DNA of 36,292 bases from Propionibacteriaceae bacterium (lineage in GTDB: Bacteria > Actinomycetota > Actinomycetes > Propionibacteriales > Propionibacteriaceae): positions 1 to 36,292 of the forward strand of contig DATEWO010000236.1 of the NCBI GenBank assembly GCA_035257925.1, written 5' to 3'. Positions within the stretch are counted from its first letter, which is position 1. Every line of letters begins with the position of its first letter. Below the pieces are notes generated by a model, which saw nothing but the letters and a program-made list of their open reading frames with translations, did no database searches and was not told where the DNA came from. This document shows positions 25,992 through 34,273 of the stretch, piece after piece. Position numbers and translations under genes: made by a program.

Positions 25992-28133
25992 ATGTACGCC
26001 GATGCTCCGCATACCTCCACAGCTCCGATTGCGAAACGACAACCGACAACCCGTATCCACCACGGTGATGTGTTCGTCGACCCCTATGAATGGCTGCGCG
26101 ACAAGGACGATCCAGAAGTGATCAACTATCTGGAGGCGGAGAACGCCTACACCGAAGCCCAGACCGCCCGGCTCTCAGAGCTTGCGGACGCAGTCTTCGG
26201 CGAAATCAAGGCCCGGACCAAAGAGACCGACCTGAGCGTGCCGAGTTACACCTCGCACCCGGGCGGCTCGGCGTACTGGTACTACGTTCGCACCGTCGAA
26301 GGATCGGAGTATCCGATCTATTGCCGGGTTGTCGCACACGATCGCGAGAAACTGCCTGACATCGAACAAGAGATCATCGGCGAAGAGGTGCTGCTGGACG
26401 CCAATCTTGAGGCCGAAGGCCATGAATTCTTCTCCCTAGGCGCGTTCAGCGTCTCTCTCGACGGACGACTGCTGGCGTACTCGATCGATCTAACCGGGGC
26501 GGAACGCTTCACGATCATGATCAAGGATCTGGTCTCGGGTGAGCTGCTTGCTGACCAGATCAGCGACACCGCCTACGGTGTCGCGTGGGCGAAGAACAGT
26601 CACTTCTTCTACACCAGGGCGGATGAGGCCTGGCGTCCATACGTCGTCCTGCGGCATCGCCTAGGTACCGACCCAGCCGAGGACGTTGCAGTGGTAACGG
26701 AGTCTGACGAGCGTTTCTGGCTCAGTGTCGATGCAAGCCGTGATGATCAATGGATCATGATCGGCGCGGAAAGCAAGATCACCTCAGAGGTCCGTCTCCT
26801 CAGTACCGATGATCCTGAAGGTGAGCCGCGAATCGTTGCGCCACGACGCCAGGGCGTTGAGTACGACGTGGAGCCTGCGGGTGACCGGTTGTTGATCGTC
26901 CACAACGATGGAGCTGAGGACTTCGAGCTCGCTGAAGCGCCGCTGACAGCCACCAGCCATACCGAATGGGCGCCGGTTATCCCGCATCGTCAGGGGGTGC
27001 GGATCCTGGCAGTCAGCGCATATGCCAGCCACGCGGTCGTCTCGCTGCGACGGGACGGACTCACCGGCTTGCACGTGATGCCGCGCGACGCCGGAGGCAA
27101 CCTCGCAGCTGGCAGCGACATCGCATTCGACGAGCCGTTGTACGTCGTCTACGCCCCAGGAGAGTCCGAATATCAGACCGCAACCATCCGCGTTGGCTAC
27201 GCATCACTGCTGACCCCTGACTCGATCTATGACTACCACCTCACAAAGCGAGAGCTGAGATTGCTCAAGCGGACACCGGTGCTCGATGATCCCCGGTTTG
27301 GGCGCTATGAGCCGGAGAACTACCTCCAGGAGCGCGGCTGGGCCACGGCTCCCGACGGCACTCGGGTTCCCCTGTCGATCGTGCGGAGGTCAGACATTCC
27401 GCTAGACGGTTCAGCACCGGCCCTGCTCTACGGGTACGGCTCATACGAGGCGTCAATGGACCCCGGATTCTCCGTGTCGCGCCTCTCACTGCTGGACCGT
27501 GGCATCGTGTTCGCCATTGCCCACGTTCGCGGCGGCGGTGAACTCGGCCGGTCGTGGTACGAACAGGGCAAGCGGCTTAGCAAGATGAATACCTTCACCG
27601 ACTTCGTCGCCTGCGCCGACTATCTGGTCGAACAGGGGTACACCACATCGGACCGGCTAGCGGCCCGCGGCGGCAGTGCTGGTGGCCTGCTCATGGGTGC
27701 GGTCGCCAATCTTGCGCCGGACAGGTTCCGTGCCATTCACGCAGGAGTGCCGTTCGTCGACGCCCTCACCACGATCCTGAATCCTGAACTGCCGCTCACG
27801 GTCATCGAGTGGGATGAGTGGGGCGATCCACTGCATGACGCCGACGTCTACGGGTACATGAAGTCCTACACACCGTATGAGAATCTGCGGTCAGTGGACT
27901 ATCCAGCCATACTGGCGACCACCAGCCTCAATGACACCCGCGTTTTCTACGTGGAACCAGCCAAATGGGTCGCCGCTCTGCGGCACGTCGCCACCAACTC
28001 TGCAGCAAGGAAGATCTTGCTCAAAACCGAAATGGTCGCGGGCCACGGCGGTGTAAGCGGTCGTTACAAGAGCTGGCACGAGCTGGCTTTTGAGTACGCC
28101 TGGATCATCGGTGAGATAACCAGCGAGGACTGA
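25992..28133 (+). CDS. ptrB: Oligopeptidase B (S9A family)
   Basis: HGD.FVDPYEWLRD, YLEAENAYT, YGYGSYE, HVRGGGE, catalytic GGSAGG, NDTRV and AGHGG. Start ATG 25992; the track's longer N-terminus overlaps the divergent gene. Confidence 0.93.
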   Translation: MYADAPHTSTAPIAKRQPTTRIHHGDVFVDPYEWLRDKDDPEVINYLEAENAYTEAQTARLSELADAVFGEIKARTKETDLSVPSYTSHPGGSAYWYYVRTVEGSEYPIYCRVVAHDREKLPDIEQEIIGEEVLLDANLEAEGHEFFSLGAFSVSLDGRLLAYSIDLTGAERFTIMIKDLVSGELLADQISDTAYGVAWAKNSHFFYTRADEAWRPYVVLRHRLGTDPAEDVAVVTESDERFWLSVDASRDDQWIMIGAESKITSEVRLLSTDDPEGEPRIVAPRRQGVEYDVEPAGDRLLIVHNDGAEDFELAEAPLTATSHTEWAPVIPHRQGVRILAVSAYASHAVVSLRRDGLTGLHVMPRDAGGNLAAGSDIAFDEPLYVVYAPGESEYQTATIRVGYASLLTPDSIYDYHLTKRELRLLKRTPVLDDPRFGRYEPENYLQERGWATAPDGTRVPLSIVRRSDIPLDGSAPALLYGYGSYEASMDPGFSVSRLSLLDRGIVFAIAHVRGGGELGRSWYEQGKRLSKMNTFTDFVACADYLVEQGYTTSDRLAARGGSAGGLLMGAVANLAPDRFRAIHAGVPFVDALTTILNPELPLTVIEWDEWGDPLHDADVYGYMKSYTPYENLRSVDYPAILATTSLNDTRVFYVEPAKWVAALRHVATNSAARKILLKTEMVAGHGGVSGRYKSWHELAFEYAWIIGEITSED

Positions 28134-28141
28134 CCCACTCA

Positions 28142-28167
28142 GGAATGTCCGTCCGCCTCTGTACGTT
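28142..28167 (+). promoter_or_regulatory. ECF sigma (SigR/SigH/SigE-type) promoter, distal
   Basis: GGAAT-N18-GTT (GGAAT 28142-28146, GTT 28165-28167). Confidence 0.5.
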
Positions 28168-28283
28168 TCACTATGGTCACCAGGTAGGCGTGTACGGGGA
28201 TGTTGAAGCGGATATTGCATCCGGAATCGCCCGCTGCTTCGAACTACTAGTGCCCGCCGTCCAACCAGACGACAGAGACAAAT

Positions 28284-28311
28284 ACCTACTCGGGGTTACC
28301 CCCGAGTAGGT
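28284..28311. promoter_or_regulatory. Perfect 12-bp inverted repeat (operator or RNA hairpin)
   Basis: ACCTACTCGGGG-TTAC-CCCCGAGTAGGT upstream of the group 2 sigma gene. Confidence 0.6.
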
Positions 28312-28327
28312 CTCAGGGATTCTTCAG
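28311..28327 (+). promoter_or_regulatory. MprA-box-like direct repeat (OmpR-family response regulator site)
   Basis: TCTCAG-GGATT-CTTCAG, hexamers separated by 5 nt, just upstream of an ECF -35. Confidence 0.55.
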
Positions 28328-28336
28328 GGCAAGCGA

Positions 28337-28363
28337 GGAATCCTAATCGGTACCTGACGCGTT
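28337..28363 (+). promoter_or_regulatory. ECF sigma (SigE/SigH-type) promoter, proximal
   Basis: GGAAT (28337-28341), 19 nt, then GTT (28361-28363, within CGTT). Confidence 0.55.
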
Positions 28364-28394
28364 CTCCCTTGTGAAGGAAACGAAAGGGGCCATA

Positions 28395-29345
28395 GTGGCA
28401 ACAACTACTCGCTCGCGAGTATCCGAAGGCATCGATGGCAAAGATGCAGTCGGCCTATATCTGGAAGGCATCGCCAAGACTCCGTTGCTGACCGCCGAAG
28501 AGGAGGTTGAGCTCGCCAAGACGATCGAAATTGGTCTTTACGCGGAGCACATCCTCGCCGGTGACGTGACGCTTGCCGAACGCGGAAAGCGTGCCAAGCG
28601 TCCGACCAAGGCCGAGCTGGAGTTCTTGGTTGAGGAAGGCCGGAAGGCAATGCAGCATTTTGTGACCGCCAACCTTCGTTTGGTGGTTTCGGTTGCTCGC
28701 AAGTACGGCCGGTCCCAGATGCCCCTTTTGGATCTGGTGCAGGAAGGCAATACCGGTCTTATCCGGGCAGTTGAGAAGTTCGACTACACCAAGGGGTTCA
28801 AGTTCTCGACCTACGGCACCTGGTGGGTTCGCCAGTCGATCAGCCGGGGGATCGCCCAGCAGGGTCGGATCGTTCGGCTGCCCGTCCATGTGGCAGAGCA
28901 GGTCAATCAGGTCGGCGCGGTACGCAGGACGTTGGAACGGCGGCTCGGGCGTGATCCGGAGATCGCGGAGATCGCCGCCGAGATGGATCTTGAGCCTGAG
29001 CGGGTACTCGACTTGATGCGTTATGGCCGCGACCACGTCAGTCTTGATGCGCCTGTCGAGGAAGGCGGCGACACGGCTCTTGGCGATCTGATCGCGCGTG
29101 AGCCGATGCCGGGTCCCGACGAAGTCTTTCTGGACGCTGAGGAGCACGCTCGACTGGAGAACATGCTCGCCTCCCTGGACGAGCGCTCAGCCGACGTCGT
29201 TCGGCGCCGTTACGGACTCATTGACGGCCGTCAGGCCAAGCTTGCCGATATCGGCGCGATCTGGGGAATCACCGCAGAGCGGGTCCGTCAGATCGAGCGC
29301 CATGCCATTGCCAAGCTGCGGGGGAAGTCGGTCCTGGCTGCGTAA
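28395..29345 (+). CDS. Group 2 (principal-like) sigma-70 factor, SigB/HrdD-like
   Basis: [51 protein letters not shown] and ITAERVRQIE; no region 1.1. SD AAGGGG before GTG 28395; alternative in-frame GTG at 28371. Confidence 0.9.
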   Translation: MATTTRSRVSEGIDGKDAVGLYLEGIAKTPLLTAEEEVELAKTIEIGLYAEHILAGDVTLAERGKRAKRPTKAELEFLVEEGRKAMQHFVTANLRLVVSVARKYGRSQMPLLDLVQEGNTGLIRAVEKFDYTKGFKFSTYGTWWVRQSISRGIAQQGRIVRLPVHVAEQVNQVGAVRRTLERRLGRDPEIAEIAAEMDLEPERVLDLMRYGRDHVSLDAPVEEGGDTALGDLIAREPMPGPDEVFLDAEEHARLENMLASLDERSADVVRRRYGLIDGRQAKLADIGAIWGITAERVRQIERHAIAKLRGKSVLAA

Positions 29346-29390
29346 CCCCCGCGCGCCAGAACCTCAAAGCAGGCTTCCCAGCAGCCCTAA

Positions 29391-29428
29391 GGGCGATCCG
29401 GTTTCCCCCTCCGGATCGCCCGTTTTTT
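29391..29428 (+). terminator. Rho-independent terminator
   Basis: GGGCGATCCGG, 9-nt loop, CCGGATCGCCC, then GTTTTTT. Confidence 0.9.
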
Positions 29429-29463
29429 CGCTCTGCGCTGCGCAGAACGCCGCACACGGAGTC

Positions 29464-30327
29464 TCAGGAGTTCTGGAGGGGACGGATAAGGCCTTCTTGG
29501 GCAACGTTGGCGACGAGCACGCCATCTTGGAAGAGGCGGCCGGTCGCTAGCCCGAGGCCATTGGAGGCGGACGGTGAGACCTGATCGTGGAGCAACCAGT
29601 CATCGGTCCGGAAGGGCCGGTGAAACCACATTGCGTGATCGATTGAGGCAGCTTGCACATTGAGGCCGATCAAGACCCCGTGCGGCACGGTGGTTGCCGA
29701 AAGCAGCGTGAGATCGCTGGCATAGGCGAGTGCCGCCTGATGCAGCCGTCGGTCGTCAGGCAGCGTTCCATCCGCGCGTACCCAAACCCGAGCCCGCGCC
29801 GGATGGCGCGCGTTGGCTAGTGCGCCGCCGGATCGAGAGTCGCCTACGTAACGGACGTCCAGCGCTCCCCACTCACTTTCCCAGAACGAGATTGGCCGCC
29901 CTGATGCCTTGAAGAGCACCTCACTGAGCTTCGGACACTGCTCTGGCGGCGGAACGTCCTCCGGCATCGGGTCAAGGTGCTCAAAGCCATTCTCCAGCTC
30001 GTGGAAGGAGCTAGACAGGTAGAAGATCACCTTGCCGCCTTGTCGTGCCACCACCCGCCGGGACGAGAACGAGCCGCCATTGCGTACCGCCTCGACGTCG
30101 TAGACCATCGGCAGGTCGGTCCGCCCGGCGATCAGGAAATAGGCATGCAACGAGTGCAGGACCCGGGTAACCGGCACCGTCCGCGCGGCTGCCACGAGTG
30201 CTTGAGCCAGCACCTGTCCGCCGAACACGCGCTGCAACTGGGTGTCCGGCTGTCGCGCCCGGAAGAGTCCGATCTCAATCTCCTCCAAGTCCAGGAGGTC
30301 GATGAGCTCGGTGACGGACTGCGGCAC
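29464..30327 (-). CDS. tesB: Acyl-CoA thioesterase II
   Basis: VFGGQVLAQAL, HSLHAYF, LAYASD, ASIDHAMWFHRPF and VAQEGLIR. Confidence 0.93.
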   Translation of the reverse strand: MPQSVTELIDLLDLEEIEIGLFRARQPDTQLQRVFGGQVLAQALVAAARTVPVTRVLHSLHAYFLIAGRTDLPMVYDVEAVRNGGSFSSRRVVARQGGKVIFYLSSSFHELENGFEHLDPMPEDVPPPEQCPKLSEVLFKASGRPISFWESEWGALDVRYVGDSRSGGALANARHPARARVWVRADGTLPDDRRLHQAALAYASDLTLLSATTVPHGVLIGLNVQAASIDHAMWFHRPFRTDDWLLHDQVSPSASNGLGLATGRLFQDGVLVANVAQEGLIRPLQNS

Positions 30328-30336
30328 ACGAGGAGC

Positions 30337-31170
30337 CTAATGCCCGGCTCCGGAGTGGTTGTCCGTACTGCCAGGCCTTGTCCGCCAGCCGATGACCGCG
30401 GTTGCGTCCAGCTCATCAGAAGTGACGATCCGGCCCGCCATTTCGTGACACTCGAGCGTTGCAACGACCTCAGACGCCTGGCTCGCGCTGGTCTCCACCA
30501 GCAGTCGTCCATCCGGGGCAAGCCAGCGCATTGCTCCTGCGATGATGCGCTGCACGACGTCCAGTCCGTCTAGGCCACCGTCCAAAGCGAGCCGAGGTTC
30601 ATATAAGCGAGCTTCCGGCGGCAGCAGCTCGATCGAAGCGGTGGGGACGTACGGCGCGTTGGCAAGCAGTAGGTTCACCCGACCGGCAAGTGCATGCGGC
30701 AGTGGCTCATAGAGATCGCCTTGGAATACGCCAGCGAAGCCCGGGAGGCTAGCCAGATTCCGGCCGGCGCACTCCACCGCGGCAGGGTCGATGTCGGTGA
30801 CATACAGCTCGACCGCCGGCAGCGCCGAGGCCAAAGCCAGTGCTAGTGCGGCCGAACCGCAGCACAGCTCGACGACCACTGGTTGTGGCGGAGCCAGCAT
30901 CAGCGCTTGTCGCAGCAAGAGCTCGGTACGCCGCCGCGGCACGAACACACCGGGTGCCACGGCAACCCGGAGGCCGCCGAACTCAGCCCAGCCGAGGATC
31001 TGCTCCAATGGGACGCCTCGCACCCGTTCCCGGACCATATTTTCCAGCTGGTCGGGCGCGGCCGTCGTCAGCAGCAGATCAGCCTCATCCTCGGCGAACA
31101 CGCAGCCCGCTGCTCGTAGCCGTTCAACGAGGTTGGCGCGAGCAGGTGCGTCGGTCAGCAGCTCAGTCGT
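30337..31170 (-). CDS. HemK/PrmC-like putative protein N(5)-glutamine methyltransferase (start codon uncertain)
   Basis: LRAAGCVFAEDEA, GVPLEQILGW, VFVPRRRTE, VELCCGS, ANAPYVP and ALDGGLDGLD. No ATG/GTG/TTG upstream of the conserved N-terminus. Confidence 0.8.
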   Translation of the reverse strand, partial: TTELLTDAPARANLVERLRAAGCVFAEDEADLLLTTAAPDQLENMVRERVRGVPLEQILGWAEFGGLRVAVAPGVFVPRRRTELLLRQALMLAPPQPVVVELCCGSAALALALASALPAVELYVTDIDPAAVECAGRNLASLPGFAGVFQGDLYEPLPHALAGRVNLLLANAPYVPTASIELLPPEARLYEPRLALDGGLDGLDVVQRIIAGAMRWLAPDGRLLVETSASQASEVVATLECHEMAGRIVTSDELDATAVIGWRTRPGSTDNHSGAGH

Positions 31171-32050
31171 CCTTCTCCCGCTCGGCAAGGAACCTCTCGA
31201 ACTCTGCGGCGATCTCCTCAGCGCTCGGCACGCGATCCGGTTGTTCGGCTTGCAGGGCGTCGTACTGCTGCTCCAGCGTCGCCACCAGTTCCTGAACTTC
31301 GCTCGAGGTTGCCATCTCCTCAGCAATGTCGGCCAGGTTGCTGGCTGAGGCCTTCTCCAACGGTTCGAGTGGCACTGCCAGGCCAGTGGCTTGGTTGAGC
31401 GAACGGGTCAGCGTGAGAGTGGCCTGCGGAAATGACGCCTGAGCCAGATAGTGCGGGACATGCGCGGCGAAACCCATAGCCTTGCGATCGAGCTGTCCCA
31501 GGCGGAACTCCAGCAAGCCTGTGAAACTGGCGGGCACCTCGACCCGGTCGATCCAGCTGCGGTACCCCTTGACCAGCGAGGCGTCGGTAGCGTGTGCAGT
31601 CAACGTAATGGGACGGGTGTGAGGCACCGCCATCGGAATGCCATGCACGCCTACAGTCATCCGGACGCCGAGCTGCTCGATCAGCCCCACGACAGCGGCG
31701 GCAAGCCGCTCCCACTGCACGTCCGGCTCAGGTCCGCTGAACAGCAGGAATATTTCCCCATGGCCGTCTTTGACGCGGTAGATGCGCAGATGCAAGTCTG
31801 CGTAAGACTTCCACTGATTGGTGTCGAAGATCATCGCTGGTCGGCGACTGCGGTAGTCGTGAAGCTGATCATGATCGAATTCGGCGAGCACCTCATGCTC
31901 GAGGTTCTCCAACAGGTTTGCGGAAAACAGCCGGCCAGCCTGCCCGGCATCCACGAAACCGTCCAGCTGGTGGATCAGCACGGGGCGATGGTCCTTGAGC
32001 TTGGCTACGACCGCCTCGTCCAAGGTGTAGAGCTGCCGAGGATCCATCAC
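31163..32050 (-). CDS. PAC2 family proteasome assembly chaperone-like protein
   Basis: LDGFVDAG, LHDYRSRRP, GPEPDVQW, GIPMAVPHTRP, AHVPHYLAQ and EEIAAEFERFL. Start GTG 32050 or ATG 32047. Confidence 0.85.
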   Translation of the reverse strand: MMDPRQLYTLDEAVVAKLKDHRPVLIHQLDGFVDAGQAGRLFSANLLENLEHEVLAEFDHDQLHDYRSRRPAMIFDTNQWKSYADLHLRIYRVKDGHGEIFLLFSGPEPDVQWERLAAAVVGLIEQLGVRMTVGVHGIPMAVPHTRPITLTAHATDASLVKGYRSWIDRVEVPASFTGLLEFRLGQLDRKAMGFAAHVPHYLAQASFPQATLTLTRSLNQATGLAVPLEPLEKASASNLADIAEEMATSSEVQELVATLEQQYDALQAEQPDRVPSAEEIAAEFERFLAEREKDD

Positions 32051-32126
32051 GAGAACCAATCTACCTGCGACTGCCGGTGTGTCCTGGCACACAGCTTGCA
32101 CGGCGCCCGCGGCGACGAGGGGTCGT

Positions 32127-33095
32127 CTAACGTGGCCCGTCGTGCTCACTGAAGGTCGTGCGACCGTCGAGTTTTGCCGCCAGCTCATCATCGATGCCGT
32201 CCGCGACCTCAGAGAGGATGCGGACGGCCTGGTGCAGGTGGGCCGGTACAAACGGGCGGGACAACACCGAAATGGTCACGAACACCCGGTCCCGGATGAG
32301 CTGAAACTTCACCCACCGTGCCTCAACGTTCAGATCGTTCAGCACTTCGGCAGCGCGCGACCGTCCAGCGACGTCATGCACCACTGCGGCGAAGACAACA
32401 ACCTCCTGACCATCCTGGGAGGTCCGGAGGAAGAGCATTGTTGATCCGACTCTGATTGCGACATCTCCTTCGGCGTCGCGGATTGGCTGATGGCCGTACA
32501 TCTCGGCAAGCTCGGCGTCGACCAACTCGTTGAGATGTTGCTGGTCACGGGGCATGGTCGTGATGAGCTCGGCCCGCTCCACCTCCAGAACCGTGATCGA
32601 AGCGCCACGCTCGATGGGCGGCGGAGTCGGCTGGAGCACTTCAGCGAGCTGATCGGGGGCGAGGAAGATCGGGTGCTGGACGCCGTAGACGTCGCGCAGC
32701 GCTGAGACGGTGAGCTCGCTTATCCGATCAGATTCGACCTGCGGCAGTTCGATCCAGAAATTGGCTGTTGGCTGGATCACTTCAGCCGCTGAGGAAATCT
32801 CACCGCAGGCGGTGGGCGGCTGCCACCCAAGCCGTTCCATCTCTGTGAGCAGCTCGGAGGACAGCTGAAAGTCATCGCCGAGCACCGCGTTGCTGGCAGC
32901 CTCACATCTGATCAGGTCCCGGCGTGGGCTGCTGAGTCTCACGAACGGCGGCGGACCGTCGCTCTCGGACTCAGTTCCGATGGTCAGGTCGGCAGAGTCA
33001 TCGATCATGGAGATGACTTCACTCAACCGGCTCTGGAACTCAGCCCAGGCTTGAGCGGTACTTCGGTCGAGGTCGAAGTCATCGATGTCGGCCAT
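32127..33095 (-). CDS. Two-domain T3SS-chaperone/YbjN-like (TY-Chap) peptide-binding protein
   Basis: N-terminal AWAEF..RL, RCEAASN and LGWQPP domain; C-terminal YbjN-like domain (DAEGDVAIRVGS, VLNDLN...WVKF, ADGIDDEL). SD GGAGG before ATG 33095. Confidence 0.6.
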   Translation of the reverse strand: MADIDDFDLDRSTAQAWAEFQSRLSEVISMIDDSADLTIGTESESDGPPPFVRLSSPRRDLIRCEAASNAVLGDDFQLSSELLTEMERLGWQPPTACGEISSAAEVIQPTANFWIELPQVESDRISELTVSALRDVYGVQHPIFLAPDQLAEVLQPTPPPIERGASITVLEVERAELITTMPRDQQHLNELVDAELAEMYGHQPIRDAEGDVAIRVGSTMLFLRTSQDGQEVVVFAAVVHDVAGRSRAAEVLNDLNVEARWVKFQLIRDRVFVTISVLSRPFVPAHLHQAVRILSEVADGIDDELAAKLDGRTTFSEHDGPR

Positions 33096-33140
33096 ATGCG
33101 CCCCTCCCAGCCCAGACGACGACACTAACGCCGCAGGCGT

Positions 33141-34070
33141 TCAACTGCCCAACGCGGCGACCACGCGGGAAGGCGACGGCCGCCCCAATGCGGTGGCGAG
33201 CCAACGGCTGGTATCGACCAGAGCCGGCAAGCCGACGCCCGTCTCGATGCCAAGACCGTCGAGCATCCACACAAGATCTTCGGTCGCCAAATTGCCAGTC
33301 GCTGATTTCGCGTACGGGCAGCCGCCGAGCCCCCCGGCTGATGAGTCGAACTCGGTGATTCCAGCCTCCAGACCGGCCAGAACGTTTGCCAGAGCCTGCC
33401 CGTAAGTGTCATGGAGGTGCAGCGCAATCTGGCTCCGCGGGACTCCTGCTGCCTCCGTTCGCTCCACCACCGCGACCACCTGACCTGCCGTGGCAACGCC
33501 GATCGTGTCACCGAGACTGATGGTGGAGCAGCCGAGCTCAACGAGGCGGGCCGCGATGTCCGCCGGACGTCCAGGATCAACCTGCCCTTCCCAAGGGTCA
33601 CCGAAGCACATCGACACATAGCCCCGCACGGGGATCCCGCGGGCTCGGGCCGCCGCGATGACCGGTGCAGCCATCTCGATCGCACCGTCGAGTGTTGTTC
33701 CCAAGTTCTGCTCCGCGAAGCTCTCAGTGGCAGAGACGAAGATCGCGAGCTGGTCTGCCCCAGCCGCCAGGGCTCGCTCGAAGCCGCGCTCATTGGGGAC
33801 CAACACTGGATAGCGCACGCCAGGGCGCCGCCGGAGCGCTGCCATCAGCTCGTCGGCATCAGCCAGTTGAGGAATCCAGCGTGGCGAGACGAAGCTGGTT
33901 GCCTCAATGACGGCAAGGCCAGCTTCGGCGAGCCGGTCGATGAGCGCCAGCTTCACCGGCAGCGGCACCACAGCCTTCTCGGCCTGCAACCCGTCCCGAG
34001 GCCCAACCTCATAGACGCTGACCCGAGCAGGCAGGCCGGGTCGTGGATGAACTGCCGGCAGCGCCTCCAT
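33141..34070 (-). CDS. Hydroxymethylglutaryl-CoA lyase
   Basis: EVGPRDGLQAE, SFVSPRWIPQLAD, SLGDTIG, HLHDTYG and GLGGCPYAKSATGNLATED. Confidence 0.93.
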   Translation of the reverse strand: MEALPAVHPRPGLPARVSVYEVGPRDGLQAEKAVVPLPVKLALIDRLAEAGLAVIEATSFVSPRWIPQLADADELMAALRRRPGVRYPVLVPNERGFERALAAGADQLAIFVSATESFAEQNLGTTLDGAIEMAAPVIAAARARGIPVRGYVSMCFGDPWEGQVDPGRPADIAARLVELGCSTISLGDTIGVATAGQVVAVVERTEAAGVPRSQIALHLHDTYGQALANVLAGLEAGITEFDSSAGGLGGCPYAKSATGNLATEDLVWMLDGLGIETGVGLPALVDTSRWLATALGRPSPSRVVAALGS

Positions 34071-34273
34071 ACCGGCGACTGTACGCGGCAGCCTTCCCGC
34101 TACCTCGGCTTGGCGAGAAGGAACAGTTGAATCTCCGGTGGGACATCAGGGGCGCGGCGAGCGAGGTCGAGCATGACCGGCGAGATGTCGATGCTGGCGT
34201 GCCATCTGCCTATCGTTGGGTGAGGCGGTCAGGTTCACACCTGTGTGAACCACGACGGGAACGGAGATGAGCA

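Noticed and set aside
28173-28187. Mini-ORF MVTR* after the distal ECF promoter
   Set aside because: Four codons, not coupled to any gene, and indistinguishable from chance.
31171-31326. Track's TTG start for the methyltransferase 164 nt inside PAC2
   Set aside because: The extension is non-homologous, low-complexity sequence overlapping a conserved PAC2 C-terminus.
33128-33142. AACGCC-GCA-GGCGTT hairpin at the HMG-CoA lyase stop
   Set aside because: 6-bp stem with no U-tract; too weak to call a terminator.
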